From an uncultured Candidatus Saccharibacteria bacterium (GTDB taxonomy: Bacteria; Patescibacteriota; Minisyncoccia; Phycocordibacterales; WO2-35-19), in the NCBI GenBank assembly GCA_964601245.1, contig CAZRMR010000003.1, positions 1 to 29,134 on the forward strand: 29,134 bases of DNA. Direction: 5' to 3'. Position 1 is the stretch's first letter. Each line of letters starts with the position of its first letter. Made by a program: the position numbers and the translations under genes. The notes under the pieces were generated by a model, which saw only the letters and a list, made by a program, of their open reading frames with translations, ran no database searches and was not told the origin of the DNA. This document shows, in pieces, positions 17,424 to 26,208 of the stretch.

Positions 17424-18113
17424 TTAATTTTTTTTATAAGCTTCGGTTATTTTTCTAACGAAGAAATCAATACTTGATACATTTGAGTCGTTTGCGGTAA
17501 TAGGATAATCTATTTCTGATATATTGTTGTCTGAGCCGCAAAGAGCCACAACCTTCATTCCCAAACTCTTTGCTTCTTTAAAAGCTGTATTTTCATATCT
17601 TGGATCTATTATAAAAACAGCTTTCGGAAGAGATTTCATATCTCTTATCCCCCAAAACATTTTTTTCAATTTTTCAATTTTTCTTTCTATAAGAAGTCTT
17701 TCTTTTTTTGTGTATTTATGCAATTCTCCTTTTTCTTTCTGATTTATGAGATCATGCATTATCGAAATTCTTTTACTTATTTCTGGAAAATTTGTAAGTG
17801 TCCCCCCTATCCATCTACTTGCCACATATGGCGCGTCTATTTTTTCTGCATATTTAGATACAGAATCTCTTGCTTCGTTTTTACCGCCAATGATCAATAT
17901 TGAGCTTTTTTCTTTTGACAATGAAGATACAAAATCAATAGCTTTTTCAAGCATTTCTTCTGTTTTTTCAAGATCAAATATGTCTACTCTATTTTTTGAA
18001 CCAAATATATATTGATTTACTGTTGGGTTTCTTCTTGATTTGCTAAAACCAAAATGAGCACCGACTTTCATCATTTCTTCTATATTTTTTGTGTTTTTTG
18101 TTGTTTCTGCCAT
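17424..18113 (-). CDS. rpsB: 30S ribosomal protein S2
   Basis: GAHFGF, RWIGGTLTN, LPKAVFIIDP, DYPITANDS. Confidence 0.97.
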   Translation of the reverse strand: MAETTKNTKNIEEMMKVGAHFGFSKSRRNPTVNQYIFGSKNRVDIFDLEKTEEMLEKAIDFVSSLSKEKSSILIIGGKNEARDSVSKYAEKIDAPYVASRWIGGTLTNFPEISKRISIMHDLINQKEKGELHKYTKKERLLIERKIEKLKKMFWGIRDMKSLPKAVFIIDPRYENTAFKEAKSLGMKVVALCGSDNNISEIDYPITANDSNVSSIDFFVRKITEAYKKN

Positions 18114-18165
18114 ACGGTTTTATAGAATACCAAATTTTAAAATATAAGCAAGTTATTTCTACTTT

Positions 18166-19116
18166 TTATTGATTATCGGTCTGGTTTCTAAATTCTTCTA
18201 TTATAGGGGTTAAATCACCCTTAAGTATTGTCTCTATCCCATGCCAATTTTTGTTTATTCTGTGATCTGTTATTCTGTCTTGCAAAAAATTGTAAGTTCT
18301 TATTTTTTCAGATCTGTCTGCCACTCCTATTTGTTCTTTTCTTTCGGCGGAATATTTTTTTGCTTCTTCTTCTCTCTTCAGCTCTATCAATTTTGCGTAC
18401 AAAATACCCATGGCTTTTTCTTTGTTTGCATTTTGACTTCTTTCTGCTGTTGATCTGACTACAAGCCCTGTTGGTTTGTGAGTAAGTCTTACAGCTGTTT
18501 CAACTTTATTTACATTTTGTCCGCCTTTACCTCCAGATCTTGAAAATTCTATTTCTAAATCAGCCGGATTTATTTCAAAAGTGGTTTCTTTTCTGATTGG
18601 CAAAATTGCTACAGAGGCGGTAGAAGTATGGACTCTTCCAGATTTTTCTGTTTTGGGTACTCTTTGGATTCTGTGTATTCCGGTTTCAAACCTCATATCT
18701 CTATACACATCTCTACCTCTTATTTCAAAAGAAGCTTCTTTATAACCCCCAAGCGGAGATGGAGATTCGTCCAAAACTTCTACTGACCAACCCCTTTTCT
18801 CAGCGTATTTTCTATACATATAAGCGAGCTCTTCGGCAAAAAGGGCGGCTTCTTCACCCCCAACACCAGCTCTTACTTCTAAAACTATTTCATTTGGAAA
18901 TTCTTCTTCTTTTTTTACTTCCTCCAATATTTCATCCATTTGTTTTATCAAGGCTTCTTTTTGGATATTTATATTTTTAAGATCTGACTCCGCCAATTCT
19001 TTCATCGTCTCGTCTTTTGCTAAATCCAAAATACCCTCCTCTTCTTTTAAAAGTCTTTCGTATTCTTGATACAAATATTGAGTCTTCTGATTTGATTTAT
19101 ATTTTTCTAGATTCAT
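18166..19116 (-). CDS. prfA: Peptide chain release factor 1 (start revised to MNLEKY at 19116)
   Basis: GGQ motif ([11 protein letters not shown]), PxT motif (QRVPKTE), [10 protein letters not shown]. Confidence 0.95.
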   Translation of the reverse strand: MNLEKYKSNQKTQYLYQEYERLLKEEEGILDLAKDETMKELAESDLKNINIQKEALIKQMDEILEEVKKEEEFPNEIVLEVRAGVGGEEAALFAEELAYMYRKYAEKRGWSVEVLDESPSPLGGYKEASFEIRGRDVYRDMRFETGIHRIQRVPKTEKSGRVHTSTASVAILPIRKETTFEINPADLEIEFSRSGGKGGQNVNKVETAVRLTHKPTGLVVRSTAERSQNANKEKAMGILYAKLIELKREEEAKKYSAERKEQIGVADRSEKIRTYNFLQDRITDHRINKNWHGIETILKGDLTPIIEEFRNQTDNQ

Positions 19117-19117
19117 A

Positions 19118-19205
19118 ACACGACACAAATTACAAATGGACACGAATGACACAAATTCAGGAATGCTTTATTTATCTCATTCGCATGAATTTGTGTATCA
19201 GTGTC
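19118..19205. repeat. Imperfect long hairpin built from ACAC(A/G)AAT-type units in the rpmE-prfA spacer
   Basis: 11-bp perfect stem 19149-19159/19186-19196, outer GACAC/GTGTC, inner GAATG/CATTC; AC(A/G)AAT at 19125, 19132, 19142, 19151. Confidence 0.7.
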
Positions 19206-19211
19206 GGATCA

Positions 19212-19439
19212 TTATTTTTTGGTCTTTGAAGTTTTTGTAGCAGCAGCTTTTCGTGTTTTAAATCTTTCCACTCTTCCGGCGGCGTCAATAACTTTTTCAT
19301 TTCCTGTAAAGAATGGGTGACAGGCGCTACATATTTCTACTTTTATATCTTTTTTGGTAGAACCAACTTTAAAAGAGTTGCCACAAGAACAGGTGACTTT
19401 TGCGTCTGTATAATATTCTGGATGTATTTCTTTTTTCAT
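19212..19439 (-). CDS. rpmE: 50S ribosomal protein L31 (zinc form; start revised to MKKEIHP at 19439)
   Basis: [33 protein letters not shown]. Confidence 0.96.
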   Translation of the reverse strand: MKKEIHPEYYTDAKVTCSCGNSFKVGSTKKDIKVEICSACHPFFTGNEKVIDAAGRVERFKTRKAAATKTSKTKK

Positions 19440-19483
19440 ATGTTTATCAATATATAACATTTAAAATTTTTTGCAACAAATTG

Positions 19484-19528
19484 AAAAGGCCTCACCCGAG
19501 CAGCAATTTGCTTTTGTGGGTGAGGCCT
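19484..19528 (-). terminator. Intrinsic terminator closing the GC-rich ncRNA
   Basis: 11-bp perfect stem AGGCCTCACCC/GGGTGAGGCCT, followed on the minus strand by TTTCAATTTG. Confidence 0.85.
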
Positions 19529-19880
19529 AAAGACGGGCGGTTGAGCCCCTTTTTGGTGCTAATCGCTACCCCTCGCGACTCACGAGCCAACTACACTCCC
19601 GTAGGAAAGGTTGGTATGGGTTTTGAATAACAGCAGAAAGGGCGCTATTACCGCAGGGGACACACAGCCCCCTTTCCTGTCGGTTTCGTGCCCAACCTTC
19701 AGGCCCCGATAGCCTGCGTTTGGGTGGCGAGGGCGACGTTTTGTCGCATTCTTGGGAACCTCCTTCAGAGAGCCCCGACCTACCAAAGAACTGAGCTTTA
19801 AGTGCGTCCGTAAAGGGATCGCACCGGCCCAGCACCAACAAGTGCCATTCTCCTCGTTTTCGTTCTTGTACGAGGATCAC
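19484..19880 (-). ncRNA. Unidentified ~400-nt structured non-coding RNA
   Basis: 200/360 GC over 19501-19860 against ~30% background; many stems; bounded by a promoter and a terminator; no RNase P, tmRNA or SRP hallmark recognised. Confidence 0.8.
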
Positions 19881-19885
19881 TATTA

Positions 19886-19913
19886 AGTATAGCAGATATG
19901 TAGAATTTGTCAA
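19886..19913 (-). promoter_or_regulatory. Strong sigma70 promoter for the ncRNA
   Basis: TTGACA (19913-19908), 16 nt, TGC-TATACT (-10 at 19891-19886). Confidence 0.8.
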
Positions 19914-20007
19914 GCAAAAATAAAATTAAAATTGTGGATTGCCAAAAAACGCTTAAAAATAATGATTTTTTAGCTTGTATTATAAATTTTAGTATTTATT
20001 CAATATT

Positions 20008-21393
20008 TTAAAATCCTTCCAATGGATCGATCATGGTTATTTGTATATTTGAAGCCTTAGACATAACTTGATCTCCATAAAATGAGTTTCTTGGGGTCCT
20101 GTTATCGCAGGCTCTACCTGAATAATATCTACAAGCGGCGTTTCTTTCTGCCGTAGCTCCACCATTTCCCGCCCCAAGATCTGCCAAGTATACTGCTGTC
20201 GCCATTATGGCGTGTTCTGGATTCCAAGGATTAACATTATCACCTTTTATACCAAAAAGATTGCCTAATTTATTTTTAAATAATTCCCATGTTGAAGGAA
20301 TAAATTGAGATGGACCCATACCACCGCCATATCCTCTACTTGAATTCCATTTTGTACCAGGGGGGCATGATACAGGGGTCATTTTCCAATCTTTTCCAAG
20401 TCTTTCTGTTATGTCTTTAAATGGTACAGTATCTCTTGGAGCTTTCATCACTTGTTCAAACAATGTCCCTGTGTTTTTCCCAGCGCCATCGCCAGTATCC
20501 AAATTATTTACAAGACAAGATCCTTGATTTTTACCAAGATCTGACTCTTGAGTTAAAATTGCCAATATTAAAGCCGGTCTAACATTTGTTTTTTGTGAAG
20601 CGAAGGTTGCATATTTTAGAGCATCTCCGAAAGGTATCCCTTCGCTATCTCTCAAAGAAAAGAGAGCGGCTCTTATTTGGGCGGCTTTCTTTTCTTTTTC
20701 TGCTATAACTTGAGCATAACTTTTTTCTTGGGTTTTATTTATTTGTATCAATTTTTGTTTTTCTGCTTCGTCTCTCTCTACCCTCTTTTTTTCTTGTTCT
20801 ACTTCGGCTTTTTTATCAGCTTCTGCTGTTCTTTTTTCGTCCAAAATTTTTCTCTCTTCATCTGTTTTTGCTTGCAAATATCTTATTTCATCAAATTGTT
20901 CTTTAAGTGATTTGTTTATTGTCTGATATGAATCTATATCTACGAAAAAATCAGATAATGTTTTGTTTGAAAGCATTACCTCAACCAACGAGTAAGACTC
21001 TGTCTGGTTTGCTTTCCTTATCATTGAAGATAGAGATTCTTTTCCTCTTTCTATCTTCTCTTCTAATTCAGCAATTGTTTTGCTTTTTAAACTTATCTGG
21101 CTTGTTAATTGTTCTATTTGAATTTGTCTTTGTTTTATAAAAGCTTTAGCTTCGTTTATTTTTGCTTGCAAGACAGAAACATCTCTTTGTAGAGAAGCTG
21201 TCCCCTGTTTTGTTTTATTTAAGACCGCTTCCCATTCGGCTATTTCTTTTTCTGTTGCTTCGAGTTCCGCCCTCCATTTTGCTTCTTGGGCTTGAATTTC
21301 AGCTTCGGTCAGAGCCAAAACATTATTGAAAGAAGGAAAGATTGAAAAATTTAAAATTATGGCAAAAGCAAAAATAATACCGTATTTTTTCAT
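20008..21393 (-). CDS. Secreted coiled-coil protein with a C-terminal lytic murein transglycosylase (SLT_2/MltB-like) domain
   Basis: Signal peptide (...NNVLA), ~220-aa heptad coiled coil, ILTQESDLG catalytic Glu, GPSQFIPSTW, AIMATAVYL. Confidence 0.9.
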   Translation of the reverse strand: MKKYGIIFAFAIILNFSIFPSFNNVLALTEAEIQAQEAKWRAELEATEKEIAEWEAVLNKTKQGTASLQRDVSVLQAKINEAKAFIKQRQIQIEQLTSQISLKSKTIAELEEKIERGKESLSSMIRKANQTESYSLVEVMLSNKTLSDFFVDIDSYQTINKSLKEQFDEIRYLQAKTDEERKILDEKRTAEADKKAEVEQEKKRVERDEAEKQKLIQINKTQEKSYAQVIAEKEKKAAQIRAALFSLRDSEGIPFGDALKYATFASQKTNVRPALILAILTQESDLGKNQGSCLVNNLDTGDGAGKNTGTLFEQVMKAPRDTVPFKDITERLGKDWKMTPVSCPPGTKWNSSRGYGGGMGPSQFIPSTWELFKNKLGNLFGIKGDNVNPWNPEHAIMATAVYLADLGAGNGGATAERNAACRYYSGRACDNRTPRNSFYGDQVMSKASNIQITMIDPLEGF

Positions 21394-21399
21394 GATTAT

Positions 21400-21408
21400 A
21401 TTATAGCA
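21400..21408 (-). promoter_or_regulatory. Extended -10 promoter, probably leaderless
   Basis: TGC-TATAAT, 6 nt upstream of the ATG at 21393. Confidence 0.65.
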
Positions 21409-21522
21409 AATTTTTGAAGAGTATATTTTGAAACGCCTTACAAGGTTGAATGGTCCGAAAACGATGAATTTTCTATCAAGAAAATATTCGTGTATTTAAA
21501 AATATATGTTGAAAAATATTTG

Positions 21523-22170
21523 CTAATGAGTTGTGGTCTCTACTTCTCCTTCTTCTTGTTTACCTTTCTTTTCTACTTCTATTTGGGATAGATCTACTGG
21601 TTTTTCTTCTTCCGTTTTTTCTTCTTTTGCTTCGGAAACTAAGGCTACAACTTCTTCTTCATCTTCAACAAGCTCTATTCCTGAAGGAAGTTTTATATTT
21701 TTTGCTAATATTTGGCTATTGAAATCTACTAAAGGAGAAATATCTACTTCTATTGAATGCGGTATATTTGAAGGATCAGCTTTTATTCTTATCTCATGCA
21801 TAACTTTGACCAAAATTCCTCCCAAATCTTTAACAGCAGGAGAAATACCTGTAAATTCTATAGGTAGAGCTAATTCTACTTTATGACCTTTCTCAAAAAC
21901 GTAAAAATCAGCATGTCTAGGTTCTCCAGAGACTGGATCAATATCAACATCTTTTATAAGGGCCTCAATATCTGCTCCAAATCCTTGCAGTTTTATGACA
22001 GCTGATTCCCCTGCGTTTTTCCATACCTTTATGAAATCACTTTTCTTTATTTGTATAGGAGTAGATTCTTTTTTGTGACCATAAAAAACGGCTGGCATAA
22101 GACCTTCCTTTTTTAAGGAATGTGTTTTGCCGATCTTTTCTCTTTTTTCAATATTTAAACTGAATACCAT
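21523..22170 (-). CDS. rplY: 50S ribosomal protein L25 (long CTC form)
   Basis: GLMPAVFYG, DVDIDPVSGEPRHADF, VKDLGGIL, IPHSIEVDIS, acidic tail. Confidence 0.95.
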   Translation of the reverse strand: MVFSLNIEKREKIGKTHSLKKEGLMPAVFYGHKKESTPIQIKKSDFIKVWKNAGESAVIKLQGFGADIEALIKDVDIDPVSGEPRHADFYVFEKGHKVELALPIEFTGISPAVKDLGGILVKVMHEIRIKADPSNIPHSIEVDISPLVDFNSQILAKNIKLPSGIELVEDEEEVVALVSEAKEEKTEEEKPVDLSQIEVEKKGKQEEGEVETTTH

Positions 22171-22216
22171 AATGACAAAGATAATAACAGAAATTAAAAA
22201 TATGGCAAATATTTTT

Positions 22217-23080
22217 TTAATTTAATAAGCCAAAAAGATAAATTCTATTTTCTACCACTTTTTGCATTGATTCTTTTGGTTCTTTCAAATATTTGTACGG
22301 AGCTATTTCATCAGGGTTTTCTGAAAGAGATTTTTGTAGACCTTGTCTATAAGCAACTCTCAATTCTGTGTTTATGTGAATTATTGAAATACCAGCCTTT
22401 ATGGCTTCTTTGAATTCTTCATCTGTTATGCCTGATCCCCCATGCAAAACAAGTGGTACTCCTGCAAATTCCCTTATTGTCTTTATTCTTTCTATGTCTA
22501 ATTTTGGATTACCACCCCTTACCATTCCATGAATATTACCAACAGCTGGGGCAAAAAGATCAATACCTGTTTCTCTCACAAAATCTCTTGCTTCTTCCGG
22601 CTTGGTCATATTGTTTTCTTTTATTTCCGCTTCTTCTGGTAGTTGATCTAGTATTTTTGAAGATTTGCCTATAAAACCAAGTTCGGCTTCGATTAAAATA
22701 TTTGGATTTTTTTCTCTTGCATAAGATACTGATTCTTTAGTCATTCTCACATTTTCTTCAAATGATTTTTCGACTCCGTCTATAATGGCGGAGTCAAAAT
22801 TTGCGTCTATCACTTGCTTCATTCTTTCAGGAGAATATGTGTGATCAGCATTTAAAAATATAGGCAAACCTTCTTCTTTAAATGTATCAACTAAAGCTTT
22901 TATTTGCTTGATTCCCACAAAATCCCTTTCTCCTTCTGAGACTCCTATAATAACTGGTGTATTCAATTTTTTTGAAGCATTGACGACTGCCCACAGACCT
23001 TCAATATTTGATATATTAAAATGACCTATTGCCACTTTTTTTGATTCAGCCTCGCTTATATAATCTTTTAAAGTTTTCAT
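22217..23080 (-). CDS. fba: Class II fructose-bisphosphate aldolase (start likely MKTLKDY at 23080)
   Basis: AIGHFN, LNADH, EAELG, PAVGNIHG, PLVLHGGSG, INTELR. Confidence 0.93.
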   Translation of the reverse strand: MKTLKDYISEAESKKVAIGHFNISNIEGLWAVVNASKKLNTPVIIGVSEGERDFVGIKQIKALVDTFKEEGLPIFLNADHTYSPERMKQVIDANFDSAIIDGVEKSFEENVRMTKESVSYAREKNPNILIEAELGFIGKSSKILDQLPEEAEIKENNMTKPEEARDFVRETGIDLFAPAVGNIHGMVRGGNPKLDIERIKTIREFAGVPLVLHGGSGITDEEFKEAIKAGISIIHINTELRVAYRQGLQKSLSENPDEIAPYKYLKEPKESMQKVVENRIYLFGLLN

Positions 23081-23172
23081 ATTAGAATTATACATCAAAA
23101 TATATTTAATAGTGAAAGTTATCTACAATCTTTTTTGTTTCAATTTTTTATAAATGTATAATTATTATTAGT

Positions 23173-24186
23173 ATGAATTTTCTAAATGAAGAAAAAAATT
23201 TTGATTTTGTGGCTATTGGCGATATTACGACTGACGCTTTTATAAGGCTTAAAGATGCAAAAGTCTTATGTGATTCTGAAGGTAAAAAATGCGAATTGTC
23301 TTTACGTTTTGGCGATAAGGTTCCTTATGAATTTATGGAGGAAGTAAGAGCGGTGGGCAATAGTGCAAACGCTTCAGTTTCAGCTCGGAGACTTGGTCTA
23401 AATTCTGCCTTGGTCACAAACGTTGGAGACGATCACAATGGTCTCGAATGTATAGCCACACTTAAAAAAAATGGAGTGGCTACAGATTTTGTATCTATAC
23501 ATAAAGACAAAGAAACAAATTATCATTATGTTTTGTGGTTCGAGGACGATAGGACTATTCTCGTTAAGCACCATGAATATGAATATAAACTTCCAGATAT
23601 TGGCAGACCAAAATGGGTATATTTGTCATCTATGGGAGAGAATTCACTTCCTTACCATCACGAAATTGCAGATTATTTAAGAAAAAATCCAGAAATAAGA
23701 TTAGCTTTTCAACCAGGTACTTTCCAAATTAAACTTGGTTATGAGAATTTAAAAGATATCTATTCTCAAACAGATGTCTTTTTTTGCAATAAAGAAGAAG
23801 CTAAAAGTATACTAAATAAACCAGAAGAGAATGATATAAAAAATTTGTTGATCGGAATTAGAGATTTGGGGCCAAATGTTTCAGTTATAACTGATGGCCC
23901 TAAAGGAGCTTATGCTTATGATGGATATGAAGGTTATTTTATGCCCACATTTAAAGATAAAAAACCACCTTATGACAGGACTGGTGCCGGTGATGCTTTT
24001 GCTTCAACTTTTATTTCGGCAATAGCTCTTGGTAGATCACTTTTTGACGCTTTTTTGTGGTCGCCAATAAATTCTATGTCGGTCGTTCAAGAGATTGGTG
24101 CTCAAAAAGGTCTTTTAAGACAAGAAGATTTGTTGAAAATTCTATCTGAAGCCCCAAGCGATTATCATCCAGAGAAAATAATTTAG
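23173..24186 (+). CDS. PfkB/ribokinase-family carbohydrate kinase
   Basis: GNSANASVSARRLG, VGDD, FCNKEE, VITDGPKGA, DRTGAGDAF. Confidence 0.93.
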   Translation: MNFLNEEKNFDFVAIGDITTDAFIRLKDAKVLCDSEGKKCELSLRFGDKVPYEFMEEVRAVGNSANASVSARRLGLNSALVTNVGDDHNGLECIATLKKNGVATDFVSIHKDKETNYHYVLWFEDDRTILVKHHEYEYKLPDIGRPKWVYLSSMGENSLPYHHEIADYLRKNPEIRLAFQPGTFQIKLGYENLKDIYSQTDVFFCNKEEAKSILNKPEENDIKNLLIGIRDLGPNVSVITDGPKGAYAYDGYEGYFMPTFKDKKPPYDRTGAGDAFASTFISAIALGRSLFDAFLWSPINSMSVVQEIGAQKGLLRQEDLLKILSEAPSDYHPEKII

Positions 24187-24215
24187 CCACAAGTGTTACA
24201 AGTGTTACTTGTGGC
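24186..24215. terminator. Hairpin at the convergence of pfkB and tkt
   Basis: 9-bp stem GCCACAAGT/ACTTGTGGC; weak U-tract on either strand. Confidence 0.55.
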
Positions 24216-24311
24216 CTTTGGATTGGGGGGGCTGGGGGAGAGAAAAGCACCGGTGTTTGGTAAGTGTCTGGATCACCTCCTTTCTCTCTCCCCCACTTTG
24301 TTCGTTAGACT
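24186..24311 (-). ncRNA. Putative small RNA carrying an 18-nt complement of the 16S rRNA 3' end
   Basis: AGAAAGGAGGTGATCCAG at 24285-24268 within a 15-bp stem-loop; promoter upstream, hairpin downstream. Confidence 0.55.
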
Positions 24312-24317
24312 GAGTAA

Positions 24318-24346
24318 AATTTATCAAATATTTTTTCTGTTGCCAA
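24318..24346 (-). promoter_or_regulatory. sigma70-type promoter for the putative sRNA
   Basis: TTGGCA (24346-24341), 17 nt, TGA-TAAATT (-10 at 24323-24318). Confidence 0.55.
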
Positions 24347-24359
24347 ACAAAACTGTTGA

Positions 24360-25355
24360 TTACTTTTTTCTTCTCATGACATCTTCCAGAGCTTTTTGTA
24401 TGTTTTCTGTTTCAAGACCATAGTGTTTAAAAAGTTCTTCTGGGCTTCCGGATTGGCCAAATTTGTCTTTTATTCCTACAAATTCAATGGGAACAGGATA
24501 TTTTCTAGATAATAATTCTGATACAGCACTTCCTAAACCTCCTGCTATTTGATGATCTTCAAGTGTTACTACTGCACCACATTCTTCTGCAAGTTCTAAA
24601 ATCTTTTCTTCATCAAGTGGTTTTATTGTATGAATATTTAAAACTTTGACTGGGATCCCCTCGCCCATAATTTTTTTAGCTACAAGTATTCCGTTGTATG
24701 TTATTGGTCCAGTTGAAATTATCACAACTTTTGCTTTTGTCATCGGATCAAAAAGTAAATTTGATTTACCAATTTCAAAAGGGGTTTCTTCTGTTGTTAT
24801 AATTGGAGTGGCGTTTCTCGCTAATCTTATATATACAGGCTTATTTATTTTTATTGATTCGATTGTGGCCTTCTTTGCTTCAAAATAATCAACTGGAGAT
24901 AGGACGACAATATTTGGTATTACTCTCATTAAAGCAATATCTTCAAGAGCTTGATGGGTACCTCCGTCTGGTCCGACAGAAACTCCTGCATGACTGCCAA
25001 CTATTTTTACTGGTAAATCGTTATAACAAATCGTCGTCCTTATTTGTTCCCAATTTCTTCCAGGATTAAACATTGCATAAGAGCTGATAAAAGGTATTTT
25101 GCCCATTCTTGCCATTCCGCTTGCCGTTGTAGCCAAATTTTGTTCTGCCACTCCTAATTGAATAAATCTTTCTGGATATTTTTTAGCAAATAAATTCATT
25201 TGGGTTGATTCGTTTAAATCAGCGCACAAACCAACTACTTCTTTATTTTGATCTCCGGCAATTAAAAGACCCTCTCCAAAACCTTGACGTGTTGATTTTT
25301 TTTCCACATCTTGATCAAAAAGTTTTGCATTTAATTTTAAATTCTGATTCAACAT
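24360..25355 (-). CDS. tkt: Transketolase, C-terminal subunit
   Basis: GVAEQN, SHAGVSVGPDGGTHQALED, PVYIRL, EDHQIAGGLG. Confidence 0.95.
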   Translation of the reverse strand: MLNQNLKLNAKLFDQDVEKKSTRQGFGEGLLIAGDQNKEVVGLCADLNESTQMNLFAKKYPERFIQLGVAEQNLATTASGMARMGKIPFISSYAMFNPGRNWEQIRTTICYNDLPVKIVGSHAGVSVGPDGGTHQALEDIALMRVIPNIVVLSPVDYFEAKKATIESIKINKPVYIRLARNATPIITTEETPFEIGKSNLLFDPMTKAKVVIISTGPITYNGILVAKKIMGEGIPVKVLNIHTIKPLDEEKILELAEECGAVVTLEDHQIAGGLGSAVSELLSRKYPVPIEFVGIKDKFGQSGSPEELFKHYGLETENIQKALEDVMRRKK

Positions 25356-25358
25356 TTT

Positions 25359-26207
25359 CTAAATTTGATTATTTCTTAATTCTGCAATCGCTTTTTCCGC
25401 TTCTTCTTTTGTTGGGGGTTTGCCATGCCATTTATAATTTTCCTCCATAAAAGAAACTCCTTTGCCTGGAATTGTATTGGCAATAATTACAGATGGTCTA
25501 TCAAAAACATTTTTAGCTTTATTTATCGCTTCTGCAATTTGATTGAAATCATGTCCATCTATAACTTGCACGTGCCAATTAAAAGATTCAAATTTTTGAT
25601 TCAATGGTTCAAGAGGCATTATAATTTCTGTATTACCCTCTATTTGGATATTGTTTCTATCTATTATGATGGTCATATTTTGCAATCTTTCTTTTGCACC
25701 AAGCATGACACCTTCCCAACTGTTTCCTTCATCTAATTCACCATCAGAAACTATACAATAAAATTGTTTTGGGGAATTTAGGCCATTATCCATTCTATCA
25801 GCGAGACACATTCCGACTGTTTGAGAAATACCACTTCCAAGCGGTCCAGAACTGGTTTCCAAAAAGGGCATAAATTCTCTGTGCGGGTGTCCCTGTAAAC
25901 GCGAACCAAATTTTCTCAAAGTTTTTAATTCTTCTAAATCAAAATATCCAGAGTGAGCCATTGTTGCATATAAAACTGGGCAAATATGCCCGTTTGACAA
26001 GATTAAACGGTCTCTTTCTTGCCAATTTGGATTGGTTGGATCGTGTCTTAATATATGAAAATAAAGTGTGGTAAAAATATCAGCCATACCCAAGGCTCCG
26101 GCCGAGTGTCCACTTTTTGCTTCGGCAAGCATTTCTATTATAGATATTCTTATATCGTTTGCTTTCTGTTTAAGCCATTTTATTTTTTCTTCTGACAAAG
26201 TTTCCAT
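25359..26207 (-). CDS. tkt: Transketolase, N-terminal (TPP-binding) subunit
   Basis: SGHSAG, DRLILSNGH, LQGHP, SGPLGSG, SDGELDEG...N, HGK. Confidence 0.95.
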   Translation of the reverse strand: METLSEEKIKWLKQKANDIRISIIEMLAEAKSGHSAGALGMADIFTTLYFHILRHDPTNPNWQERDRLILSNGHICPVLYATMAHSGYFDLEELKTLRKFGSRLQGHPHREFMPFLETSSGPLGSGISQTVGMCLADRMDNGLNSPKQFYCIVSDGELDEGNSWEGVMLGAKERLQNMTIIIDRNNIQIEGNTEIIMPLEPLNQKFESFNWHVQVIDGHDFNQIAEAINKAKNVFDRPSVIIANTIPGKGVSFMEENYKWHGKPPTKEEAEKAIAELRNNQI

Positions 26208-26208
26208 T

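Noticed and set aside
16746-19116. Short EF-Ts and N-terminally short RF1 as truncations
   Set aside because: All functional motifs are present; compact forms are expected in reduced genomes.
19484-19880. RNase P RNA, tmRNA, SRP RNA, or group I/II intron
   Set aside because: No GAGGAAAGUCC/P4 partner, no tRNA-like ends or T-loop, no SRP GGAA loop, no group II domain V or group I P7 consensus recognised by eye. A covariance-model search is still needed.
19566-19913. 115-aa and 68-aa ORFs over the GC-rich island
   Set aside because: No recognisable motifs; the 115-aa start lies inside the -35 box; open frames are expected in GC-rich structured RNA.
24233-24295. Genuine 16S rRNA gene or fragment
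   Set aside because: Only 18 nt match; the upstream sequence does not reproduce helix 45 and no other rRNA sequence is present.
24193-24423. 76-aa plus-strand ORF
   Set aside because: Spans hairpins and runs antisense into tkt; no protein-like features.
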